Shown here in pieces: positions 27,786 to 37,900 of a stretch of DNA of 64,000 nt. A program made the translations under genes and the position numbers. The stretch comes from Lentisphaerota bacterium (GTDB lineage Bacteria; Verrucomicrobiota; Lentisphaeria; Victivallales; Victivallaceae), in contig SUWE01000002.1 of assembly GCA_015061615.1 (NCBI GenBank), positions 30,023 through 94,022 on the forward strand. Reading direction: 5' to 3'. Positions within the stretch are counted from its first letter, which is position 1. Each line of letters opens with the position of its first letter. The notes beneath the pieces were generated by a model. That model was not told the origin of the DNA, made no database searches, and saw only the letters and a list, made by a program, of their open reading frames with translations.

Positions 27786-28664
27786 ATGTTCGTTGATGTC
27801 CATGCTCATGCTTACCGTATCCGTCCGGTCCGCATTGATAACGGGAATTGGGTCACCCCCGAAGATCTGCTGGCATTTTATGATAAACATAACATTGAAA
27901 AGGGCGTTTTGATGCCGATCGTCAGTCCGGAATGCAACAGCGTTCAAGCCAACGAAGATATTCTGGAAATGGCAGAAAAATATCCCGGCAGATTTATTCC
28001 GTCATGTAATATAGACCCCCGTGCCATATCCAACGATCCGCACTCACCTCTGGATAAACTCCTTTTGCGTTACAAGGAACTCGGCTGCCGCGGTCTCGGT
28101 GAAATAACCGCGAACCTCTCCTTTTTTGATCCCAAAATGAGAAATCTTCTGCGGGCGGCGGAAATTGCCGGATTGCCGTTGACATTCCACATAGCCCACC
28201 GTACCAGCGGATGTTACGGTATTTTCGATGAACCGGGTTTGCCCGGTCTTACCGAATCACTGGTCAAATATCCAAAACTGACTTTCCTCGGTCACAGTGT
28301 CGCATTCTGGTCAGAAATCAGCGAAATGCAGACTCCGATGGAGCGTTTTCTCTATCCGGCGGGAAAAGTCAAAGAGGGGGTCGTTCCCAAACTTATGCGC
28401 CTTTTCCCGAATCTGATGGGTGACCTTTCCGCCGGATCCGGAGCAAATGCTCTTATGCGTGACCCGGAATACGCGGTCCGGTTCCTCAATGAATTTCAGG
28501 ATCGTCTCTGCTTCGGTATGGATATCTGTCTTGATCCGACAGACAATAATGCAAGACTGGCTTATTTCCTCATCAAGTTGAGAGATGAAGGAAAAATCTC
28601 CGACACCGTTTTCCGTAAAGTCGCCAGAGAAAATGCGTTGCGTATCTTCGGAGTACAGGGATAA
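27786..28664 (+). CDS. Amidohydrolase-family (TIM-barrel metal-dependent hydrolase) protein
   Basis: 292 aa. MFVDVHAHAY metal-binding start. The layout is Amidohydro_2-like. Confidence 0.7.
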   Translation: MFVDVHAHAYRIRPVRIDNGNWVTPEDLLAFYDKHNIEKGVLMPIVSPECNSVQANEDILEMAEKYPGRFIPSCNIDPRAISNDPHSPLDKLLLRYKELGCRGLGEITANLSFFDPKMRNLLRAAEIAGLPLTFHIAHRTSGCYGIFDEPGLPGLTESLVKYPKLTFLGHSVAFWSEISEMQTPMERFLYPAGKVKEGVVPKLMRLFPNLMGDLSAGSGANALMRDPEYAVRFLNEFQDRLCFGMDICLDPTDNNARLAYFLIKLRDEGKISDTVFRKVARENALRIFGVQG

Positions 28665-28667
28665 AAA

Positions 28668-29750
28668 ATGTCAAGAACAGTCAATTCCGGAATTATCAAT
28701 CTGCTGAAAAAGAAAATCCTTTCCGGCGGTTTTGACAATGTGACATTCCTGCCTTCGGAACGGAAACTTGCCGAAGAGTATCAGGTCGGCAGGGGTATTA
28801 TCCGCGGTGCATTGCGCACTTTGAAGGATGAGGGGATAATTTACAATGTTCCCCAGCGCGGATTCCGGATACAGAAACGCATTGAGCGCCGCAGGATAAA
28901 AAGAGTTATTCTCCGTATGGAACAGGTTTCCGCCAAAGCATATGAAGCGATCGGACTGGTCGCCGGTATCTGTGCCGGGGCAAATGAGATTTTTGCGGAA
29001 GTCATCCTTTCCACGCCGCCGGCATTGCTCAACCTCAAGGAGCTGCAGGAACGCTTCAACGCCGGGGATATACAGGGAATAATCTTTCTGGAAACGTCCT
29101 TCAACCTTTCCATTCAGGATGTGATAAACGCCGGCATTCCCTGTGTGGTTGCCAACATGGAGTCCGACGAGGCTTTGCCGAGTGTGCGTATGGATTACCG
29201 CGGTATCGGCAGAATGGCAGGCGAAAGAGTACTGCAAGCAGGTTATACCCGTCCTGCGGTCTACTCAGGTACACAGTCGCGTTTCATATACCGGGAAATG
29301 CTTGCCGGATTCCGCGGTGCCGCCGCAGAAGAAGGAGTTTCGCTGGATGATTCCGCCGTTGTCTGCGGCGGTGTCGGCGAAACACCGGAAGAACTTGAAA
29401 AACTCTTTACCCTGCCCCCGGATAAGCGTCCGGACGCATTCTTTACCGCACGGGACTACCGGGCAAAGGATATTTACAAACTTTGTGCCAAATATTCCCT
29501 GCTCATTCCGGAAGATGTCGGTATCATCAGTTATGATAATATTTCATGGCCGGATGCGGAAAGCAGCGGTTTGACCTCGGTCACGGAGGAGGTCAATGAA
29601 ATAGGCCGTCAGGCAATATTCCTTTTGCAGCAGCAGTTTGAATCCGGCTTTGCTCCGGTGACCTGTGTTATTCCGGGAAATATCGTGGAACGGAAAAGTT
29701 TGAAACCTTCTTCAAAAAAGCAGAAGTTAATTTATCATCATAAGGGATAA
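28668..29750 (+). CDS. GntR-type HTH regulator fused to a LacI/periplasmic-binding-protein-like sugar-binding domain
   Basis: LPSERKLAEEYQVGRGIIRGALRTLKDEGIIYNVPQRGFRI, followed by a PBP-type domain (IISYDNI...). Confidence 0.8.
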   Translation: MSRTVNSGIINLLKKKILSGGFDNVTFLPSERKLAEEYQVGRGIIRGALRTLKDEGIIYNVPQRGFRIQKRIERRRIKRVILRMEQVSAKAYEAIGLVAGICAGANEIFAEVILSTPPALLNLKELQERFNAGDIQGIIFLETSFNLSIQDVINAGIPCVVANMESDEALPSVRMDYRGIGRMAGERVLQAGYTRPAVYSGTQSRFIYREMLAGFRGAAAEEGVSLDDSAVVCGGVGETPEELEKLFTLPPDKRPDAFFTARDYRAKDIYKLCAKYSLLIPEDVGIISYDNISWPDAESSGLTSVTEEVNEIGRQAIFLLQQQFESGFAPVTCVIPGNIVERKSLKPSSKKQKLIYHHKG

Positions 29751-29755
29751 ATACC

Positions 29756-30964
29756 ATGAATAAAAAAATAAGACTTGCTATCATCGGAACCGGCATGCGC
29801 GGAACATTCTGTTTCGGTGATATCCTCAAAAAACGTGACGATGTTGAAATCGCAGCTTTGTGTGACACCAATCATGTCCGTCTGAAAGCTGCCGCAGAAT
29901 TTCTCGGCAATCCGCCGCTTTACACCTCAATAGATGAAATGGCGGCAAAGGAAACTTTTGACGGCGTGATCATCACCACCCCCGACTGCACCCATTATGA
30001 AATATCCATGAAAGCGTTGGATTACAACTGGAATGTTCTTGTGGACAAACCCCTTGCCACCAATGTAAAAGACTGCAAAACACTGATCGCCAAAGCCGAA
30101 GAAAAGAGTCTCACTCTGATGATCGGTTTCAATCTCCGTCACCACGCTGTGCTGAAAAAACTCAAAGAGATCATCGACAACGGCACTCTCGGCAAAGTTT
30201 TTCTTGCGGAAAACCGTGAATTTTACGACGGCGGTAAAACTTACATGTCCCGTTGGAACCGTCTTTTTGCCAACACCGGCGGTTTGTGGATACACAAAGG
30301 CAGTCACGACTTCGATGTGTTCAACTGGCTTCTGGATTTCCCGAAAATCAAAAGAGTCTGTTCCTTTGCGTCGGTGAATGTGCTGAAAAAAGAGGAGTTG
30401 CCCTTTGAGCAGGAAAATGATATCCAGCCGGGGCCGGACTGCAACAAGTGTCACTATCAGTCGAAATGTGCCGACCGCTTTGTGTTCAATGAAAATGAAC
30501 TCAAGTTCTGGGGAGACGAAGCAACTGCCGTTGACGGATACCGCCGCAATCAGTGCATGTACCTTTCCGACAAAGATGTACATGATAACGGTATTGCGAT
30601 GGTCGAATATGAAAATGATATAAAAGTCAGCCACATGGAGTGTTTCATCGGCAGCAAGACCGACAGAGTATACACCATCGCCGGAGACAAAGCCACTGCG
30701 GAAGTGAGTTTGGAAGAACGCACGATCAAAATCACTTCACGCTGGACCCACGAGGCAGTGACCTATTATATCCCGGAGGTTGCCGGCGGTCACGGCGGAG
30801 CCGACCCCTCTCTGGTGGAAAAATTCTGCAAAGTCATCAAAGGTGAAGAAAAGGCAAACTCAACAGCAATCCACGGATTACTGGCAAGCGCCATCGGTCA
30901 GGCAGCGGAAATTTCCCGCCGGGAACACCGTATGGTGGAAATGAGCGAACTCCTCGGCGAGTGA
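29756..30964 (+). CDS. Gfo/Idh/MocA-family oxidoreductase
   Basis: IRLAIIGTGMRG Rossmann N-terminus and the EKPLA-like VDKPLATN motif. Confidence 0.85.
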   Translation: MNKKIRLAIIGTGMRGTFCFGDILKKRDDVEIAALCDTNHVRLKAAAEFLGNPPLYTSIDEMAAKETFDGVIITTPDCTHYEISMKALDYNWNVLVDKPLATNVKDCKTLIAKAEEKSLTLMIGFNLRHHAVLKKLKEIIDNGTLGKVFLAENREFYDGGKTYMSRWNRLFANTGGLWIHKGSHDFDVFNWLLDFPKIKRVCSFASVNVLKKEELPFEQENDIQPGPDCNKCHYQSKCADRFVFNENELKFWGDEATAVDGYRRNQCMYLSDKDVHDNGIAMVEYENDIKVSHMECFIGSKTDRVYTIAGDKATAEVSLEERTIKITSRWTHEAVTYYIPEVAGGHGGADPSLVEKFCKVIKGEEKANSTAIHGLLASAIGQAAEISRREHRMVEMSELLGE

Positions 30965-30974
30965 ACTTTTCTTT

Positions 30975-31586
30975 ATGATGTTCAAAAAAACACTCCTGAC
31001 CGCGCTATTGTTCTGCGGATTTGCGCTTATGGCGCACTTCCCGATATCGGTTGCAACGGAAAAACAAAAAGGCGTCTTTGATGTCACCTTTGCACCATTG
31101 CAGTTGGGGGTGTTTCCCGATATTCAGCTTTTTTACGGAAAAACGCACACCTTTGCCGCATTGGCTCTGTGCGGAGTGATGCAGGAGTCTTCCCTGCTTT
31201 CCTTTGCTCCGGTCAATGGACTGAAACACAACTGTTTTCTGCAAACGGGGGTGCTGGCGACTGTTGCCGGAAATAATTACGGTCTATCCGCCGCATTGGT
31301 GAATTTTGCTGAAAACAACTGCGGAATAGAGTTAGGTTTTTTAGGGAATATCAATGTGGAACAATCCGGTATCCAGATCGGCGCGGGGAACTTTCAGGGA
31401 AAGCTCCAGATCGGTTTGTACAACATTGAAGGTGCGTTTCAGATCGGTGTACTGAATAACGGCGACGGTATTCAAATCGGATTGTTGAATTACAATCCGG
31501 ATGCATGGATAAAGTGGATGCCGTTCATTAATTTTCCCTCCCCTGAGTCTTCACAGAAAACAAAAACCGGAACCGTTGAAAAATGA
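30975..31586 (+). CDS. Small secreted repeat protein (G-x-Q-I-G-L-x-N repeats), paralog 1
   Basis: 203 aa with a hydrophobic N-terminus. It repeats GIQIGAGN, LQIGLYN, FQIGVLN and GIQIGLLNYNP, then WMPFINF. It resembles LA_2272-type surface repeat proteins. Confidence 0.6.
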   Translation: MMFKKTLLTALLFCGFALMAHFPISVATEKQKGVFDVTFAPLQLGVFPDIQLFYGKTHTFAALALCGVMQESSLLSFAPVNGLKHNCFLQTGVLATVAGNNYGLSAALVNFAENNCGIELGFLGNINVEQSGIQIGAGNFQGKLQIGLYNIEGAFQIGVLNNGDGIQIGLLNYNPDAWIKWMPFINFPSPESSQKTKTGTVEK

Positions 31587-32185
31587 AAAAAGTTTTTCTG
31601 ATATTTATCCTGATGTTCACCGTTCTTGCGCTGTCAGGCGGAGATTTTGAAAATAAAGGAGTTATTTCAAACTGGAAATTTGCTCCTCTGCAAGTCGATG
31701 TCGGTCTGGTGAATGAAAAAAAACTGGTCGATGAAAGTTCTGATACATTTATTTCGTTGGGACTTTTCATACTCAGACAGAAATCAGCCGTTATTTCTTT
31801 TGCTTTTCTTGCCAATACCTTGCAAAACAATTACGGTATCCAGATACCGCTCTTCCCCGGTTCGGCAACGGATAACAATTACGGGATTTCCCTTGGTTGG
31901 GATAATTACAGCAAAAATTGTTACGGAATCCAGTTGGGTATGATCAATCACAGTTTCGCAGGTGACAGTGTTGAAAAGAATAATGAACGTGTCCAATTCT
32001 GCGGAATAAATATCGCGGACACGCTCTATTGCGGATTGGTGAATTTTTCCGACAAATTTCAAATCGGTTTGTTCAATGCAGGCAAAGGGGCGATTTTTCA
32101 AATCGGATTATTGAATTACAATCCCCGATCTTATATCCCGTGGATGCCGCTGATAAATTGCGATATGGGAAAAAAGACAAAATGA
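31583..32185 (+). CDS. Small secreted repeat protein, paralog 2
   Basis: 200 aa. 4-nt overlap with paralog 1. Contains NNYGIQI, NNYGISLG, YGIQLGMIN, FQIGLFN and FQIGLLNYNP, then WMPLINC. Confidence 0.6.
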   Translation: MKKVFLIFILMFTVLALSGGDFENKGVISNWKFAPLQVDVGLVNEKKLVDESSDTFISLGLFILRQKSAVISFAFLANTLQNNYGIQIPLFPGSATDNNYGISLGWDNYSKNCYGIQLGMINHSFAGDSVEKNNERVQFCGINIADTLYCGLVNFSDKFQIGLFNAGKGAIFQIGLLNYNPRSYIPWMPLINCDMGKKTK

Positions 32186-32554
32186 AAGCTCCCGCCGGTT
32201 TCCGGCTTGTCTCCGGGACATTACCCAAAAATAAGTATTGCCGCGTTCTGTTACAACTCTCCGCTGAAAAGTTGTTTCAATCCCAGGATAGCAACGAACA
32301 TAACAGCAAAAATCCCATAAGACACTCCTTGATTTCTTGAAATTGCCTCTAAAGATACCACAAAAACATATCTTTGTCAACATTGCTTTTTTTTGAAAAT
32401 ATTGTTGTCGCTCCGAACTTTGCCGCACCTATCCGTACAAACTCAAAAAAAACTGAAACAATCTCTTTGCAACTGCTTGAAAAAAAAAAACTTATGATAA
32501 ATTATATTAAAAAGCACCATTTTTTACAACATTTTTAAGAGAAAGGGCAGTTTT

Positions 32555-34843
32555 ATGGCAGAGTATCACATTTATTCAGGCATGGTCAGCAGCGGACTGA
32601 CACTATCAGATTATGATTATATGTTCATCTCCTCCGGCGGGATGGCAGAGAATACAACCGTAAATGAAATGGGAGGAGTTATAATCTTCGACAGTGGTAC
32701 AGCCAACAGCACCACAGTTAATTCCTACGGAGGCATTGGGATATACCAAGGAGGAACAGCCAATAACACAACTGTTAATATGCTGGGGACGATAGTCATA
32801 GATTCCGAAGGTACAGCAAACAATACCTTGATCAACTCCTATGGAATGATGGGCATCTACGCTGGCGGAACAGCTAACAATACGACATGCCATAGAAATG
32901 GAATTATTGATGCCTTCGGCACAGTAAATAACACAACATTAGAAGGAGGCAGCATGCGCATCTCCTCTGGTGGTAAGGCTGACAATACAATAAACAAAGG
33001 TTTCATGTACATTTACTCCGGCGGCACGGCTGACAATACAACTATCAATTACTATGGCAGCATGAACATCTACGGAGGAACAGCAAACAACACTGATATT
33101 AGCAATGCCGGTGAAATGTGCATATTCTCTGGCGGAACAGCGAACAGCACTACCGTTAATCAAGGAGGATGGATGTACCTCTATGACGGAACGGCAAATA
33201 GCACGACTGTCAATTCTGAAGGCGCCATGGAAATCTACAGTGGTACGGCAACAAACATCGTTGTTAAAGCTGGAGCCAGACTTGGAATCACAGTTGCACC
33301 TGACACCTATATACAAGGAACATATAATGGTTCTGCATTTGAAATGAAAAATGCAACTATTAATGGATATACCATTAATTCATGGTGTGGCATGGGCATC
33401 GCGTCCGGGGGGACTGCTAACAGTACAACGGTGGATTCAGAGGGCGAAATGTACGTTTACTTTGGCGGAGCAGCAAATAACACAACCGTAAATTCCGGTG
33501 GTTACATTTATGTTGGTGATGATTATTATCACAATAAAGGCGGAGTGATGACCTGCACCACTGTAAATACAAATGGCAATATGTACATCTACTCCGGCGG
33601 GATTCATCGCGGTTCTTTGCAGATTACCAGCGGGGCAGTTGTTTCAGCGTATGCTGGCGCTAAAATTGATTTTACCGTGGCTGACCGGAACACAGAAGAT
33701 GACTACTTGATCAACGATCTGTCGTTGATTCAGGGTACGCCAACCTATACTATCCCCGTATCCACAGATCAAGCAGACGGCACTTACAAACTTGCTCAGG
33801 GCGCAAACAATTTCACCGGAACGCTCACTATCGGTGACGGTACGGTCGATTACGGAACAATTACTGTCAACGGTGCAGACTTTGTTCATAATGGAGTAAC
33901 ATACTCGCTTGATCAAGTCAGCGGTAACCTGACTCTGACTGTCTCCGGAGGAAAAACCGCCGCAGTTGACGGTGACCTTGACGGCAACGGTCTTGCCGAC
34001 GTTATCCTTGTTCACACGAAGCAGGGATACTCCGGAGCGTGGCTCACTACCGGAACTTCTTCTGTTATCAAGTGGGGCAACCTCGGCAATGTCAACAGCA
34101 AAGTCGAACTTGTCGGAATGGGTAATGTCAAAGGAACTTCTACCAATGGTTCCGATATCATCATGAAAATCGGCACCACTGTTGCAGCTTGGACGACCGA
34201 TGGCGGAAAGGTGACAGGTTACAAAGAACTTTACACCCTGAAATCCAACATGAATATGCTCGGCATCGGTGATTTTGACGGAGACGGTGTGACCGATTAT
34301 CTCCTGCGTTCCACCGCCGGAGACCTCGGCTATGTCACCGGAGATGACAACAAGTGGCACTATATCAAAGGTCTTGGCAAAGAGTGGAAAATCTCCGCTG
34401 TCGGCGACCTTGACGGCAACGGATGCGACGATGTGATCGTCCGTCATGATGCCGGATTCACCGGCGCTTACATGATTGATGAAAACGGTAAAATCACCTG
34501 GTCAAGTCTCGATACCCTCAAGAGTGATATGTCCATTGTCGGGACGGGAGACTTCAACGGCGACGGCGTGGATGACGTCCTTTTGCAGAACAAATCCAAC
34601 GGCTGGGTCGGAGCTTGGCTCGTTGAAGATGGTCGTGTTGACTCCTTTATCGGTCTATGCAACAACAAAAACACGATCGAACAGATCGCAGATTTCAACG
34701 GTGACGGAATCGACGATCTCCGTATCCGCACCGAAAAAGGCGATATCGGCGTCCTTTATGTCAACGGCGCCGACGATACCACATGGAAATATTTCCAGAG
34801 TGTCGGCAAAGAGTGGGATACCTCTTTCGCCCTGATTTCGTAA
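32555..34843 (+). CDS. Large AIDA-type repeat protein with a C-terminal FG-GAP/VCBS-like propeller (762 aa)
   Basis: It has about 19-aa repeats of form YSGGTANNTTVNS.G.M.I from residue 1 and no signal peptide. The C-terminus has repeated loops DLDGNGLADVILV, GDFDGDGVTDYLL, GDLDGNGCDDVIV, GDFNGDGVDDVLL and ADFNGDGIDDLRI. Confidence 0.8.
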   Translation: MAEYHIYSGMVSSGLTLSDYDYMFISSGGMAENTTVNEMGGVIIFDSGTANSTTVNSYGGIGIYQGGTANNTTVNMLGTIVIDSEGTANNTLINSYGMMGIYAGGTANNTTCHRNGIIDAFGTVNNTTLEGGSMRISSGGKADNTINKGFMYIYSGGTADNTTINYYGSMNIYGGTANNTDISNAGEMCIFSGGTANSTTVNQGGWMYLYDGTANSTTVNSEGAMEIYSGTATNIVVKAGARLGITVAPDTYIQGTYNGSAFEMKNATINGYTINSWCGMGIASGGTANSTTVDSEGEMYVYFGGAANNTTVNSGGYIYVGDDYYHNKGGVMTCTTVNTNGNMYIYSGGIHRGSLQITSGAVVSAYAGAKIDFTVADRNTEDDYLINDLSLIQGTPTYTIPVSTDQADGTYKLAQGANNFTGTLTIGDGTVDYGTITVNGADFVHNGVTYSLDQVSGNLTLTVSGGKTAAVDGDLDGNGLADVILVHTKQGYSGAWLTTGTSSVIKWGNLGNVNSKVELVGMGNVKGTSTNGSDIIMKIGTTVAAWTTDGGKVTGYKELYTLKSNMNMLGIGDFDGDGVTDYLLRSTAGDLGYVTGDDNKWHYIKGLGKEWKISAVGDLDGNGCDDVIVRHDAGFTGAYMIDENGKITWSSLDTLKSDMSIVGTGDFNGDGVDDVLLQNKSNGWVGAWLVEDGRVDSFIGLCNNKNTIEQIADFNGDGIDDLRIRTEKGDIGVLYVNGADDTTWKYFQSVGKEWDTSFALIS

Positions 34844-34903
34844 ACACGGAATTATTCTACAATAAAGTTGTTCATTGCAAAATCTTTTGAGAAGGCAAGT
34901 TTT

Positions 34904-37900
34904 ATGGCAAGATACGACATTTATTCAGGCATGGTCAGCAGCGGCTTGACACTGCGATACGACTCCATGTACATCTCCTCTGCCGGGACAGCAAACAACA
35001 CAACCGTTAATTCATACTGCTACATGCACATCTCCTCCGGAGGGACGGCGAACAGCACCACCGTTAATTCCGATGGCTACATATACATCTACTCCGGCGG
35101 TACAGCGAACAGTACCACTGTTAATTCAAGTGGCTGGATGGGAATCTACTCCGGCGGAACGGCAAACAGTACCACCGTTAATTCAAGTGGCTGGATGGGA
35201 ATCTACTCCGGCGGAACGGCAAACAGTACCACCGTTAATGACGGGGGCTCCATGTACATCTCCTCCGGCGGAACGGCGAACAGCACCACGGTTAATTCCA
35301 ATGGTCACATGTACATCTACTCCGGCGGCACGGCAACAGACATTGTTGCTCAATCAGGAGCATGGCTTGGCATAACCGTTGCCCCTAATACCTATATTCA
35401 GGGAACTTATAACGGTTCTGCATTTGAAATGAAAAATGCCTATATTTCGGGGTATACCATTTACGAAGGCTGCTATATGTACATCTCCTCCGGCGGTACA
35501 GCCAATAATACCACCGTTAATTCAGGGGGAACTATAACAATTAGTTCTGGGGGTGTTGCAAATTCATTAACATTGTCTGCCGGTGCGTTTTTGGGAGGTT
35601 TTGCTTTTGCTGAGGATAAGTATTGGGAAATCATCAATGGAACTGTAAAAATTGCTGACAAAGTTTATATTAGTGGAAGTAAAATGTGGATCTACTCCGG
35701 CGGAACGGCTAACAGAACCACTGTTAATGGCGGGGGCTCCATGTACATCTCCTCCGGAGGAACGGCGAACAGCACCACTGTTGATGGTGCCGTCATGTAC
35801 ATCTCCTCCGGCGGAACGGCAAACAGTACCACCGTTAATGACGGGGGCTCCATGTACATCTCCTCCGGCGGAACGGCGAACAGCACTACCGTTAATTACT
35901 GGGGCTTCATGGACATCTACTCTGGCGGGGAGGCTAACAGCACCACAGTTAATGACTGGGGCTTCATGTACATCTCCTCTGGCGGGGAGGCTAACAGTAC
36001 CACCGTTAATTACGGGGGCAACATGAGCATCGACTACGGCGGTACAGCGAACAGTACCACGGTTAATTACGGGGGCAACATGAGCATCGACTACGGCGGT
36101 ACAGCATACAATATCACCGTTAATTCCGGGGGCACTATAAGAATTAGCTCTGGGGGTGTTGCAAATTCATTAACATTGTCTGCCGGTGCGTTTTTGGGAG
36201 GTTTTGCTTTTACAGAGGATAAGTATTGGGAAATCATCAATGGAACTGTAAAAATTGCTGACAAAGTTTATATTCGTGGAAGTCAAATGTGGATCAACTC
36301 CGGAGGAACGGCTAACGACACAACCGTTAATTCCGATGCCGTCATGGACATCTACTCCGGCGGAACAGCCAATAATACAACCGTTAATTCCGGGGGCCAT
36401 ATATACATTAGTTATGGAGGTGTTGCAAATTCATTAACATTGTCTGCCGGTGCATGTTTGGGAGGTTTTGCTTTTGCAGAGGACAAGTATTTTGCAAAGA
36501 TCAATAACGGCTCTGCAATTATTGCTGATAATGTTTATATTCTGGGAATGAATATGCATATCTCCTCCGGCGGGACGGTGAACGGCACTATCATTAGTAG
36601 CGGCGCCATGTACATCTCCTCCGGCGGAACGGCGAACAATACAACTGTTGATTTCGCAGGCTCAATGTACATCTACTCCGGCGGAACGGCGAACAGTACC
36701 ACCGTTAATTGGAATGGCCACATGTACATCAACACCGGAGGAACGGCGAATAACACCTCTGTTGATGGTGGCCACATGTACATCAACGGCGGGACGGCAA
36801 ACTACACTACCGTTAATTCACGTGGAAACATGCACGTTTGGGCTGGCACGGCGAATAATGTCGCCGTTAATTCCGGATGCAGCGTATACATTTATGGGGG
36901 TGTTGTAAATTCATTAACATTGTCTGCCGGTGCATGTTTGGGAGGTTTTGCCTTTACAGAGGATAAGTATTGGGAAATCATCAATGGAACTGTAAAAATT
37001 GCTGACAATGTTTATATTAGTGGAAGTCAAATGTGGATCAACTCCGGAGGAACGGCGAACAGCACCACTGTTAATTCCAGTGGCGGCATGTTCATCAACT
37101 CCGGAGGAACGGCGAACAGCTCTACCGTTAATCGAGGAGGCGGCATGTACATCAACTCCGGAGGAACGGCGAACAATACAACTGTTGATTTCGCAGGCGC
37201 CATGTACATCTCCTCCGGCGGTACAGCGAATAACACCACTGTTGATGGTGGCGTCATGTACATCAACTCCGGAGGAACGGCGAACAGCACCACGGTTGTT
37301 GATAGTGGCCACATGTACATCAGTTCTAACGGGGCAGCGTACAGCACCATTGTTAATGGCGGCTACATAGACATCTCCACCTGGGGGACGGCAAACAACA
37401 CCACTGTTGATGGCGGCAGTATATATATAAAATCCGGTGGGATGGCGAACAGCACCACTGTTGATAGGGGTTGCATGTACATCAGATCTAACGGGGCAGC
37501 GTACAGCACCACTGTTAATTCCGGAGGTACAATACGCCTCTCCTCCGGCGGCAAAGCAAACAGCACCACCGTTAATGACGGGGGCGCCATGGACATCTAC
37601 TCCGGCGGTACAGCTGCCGCAATCAAAGAAAATGGCGGATTTGTTTATGTTGCCGATGGGGCAAACGTTACTTTCGCATCAAATACAATTACCGGTATTA
37701 CGTTGTCTAATACCAGTATGAGTGTTCATTCAAACACTGTGGCTAACAGCACTACCGTCAATTCAAACAGCGATATGTACATCTACTCTGGTGGAACGGC
37801 GAACGCGATTAAAGAAAATGGCGGTTACGTTCATATTGACGATAGCGCAAACGTTACTTTTGCATCAAATACAATTACCGGTATTACGTTGTCTAATACC

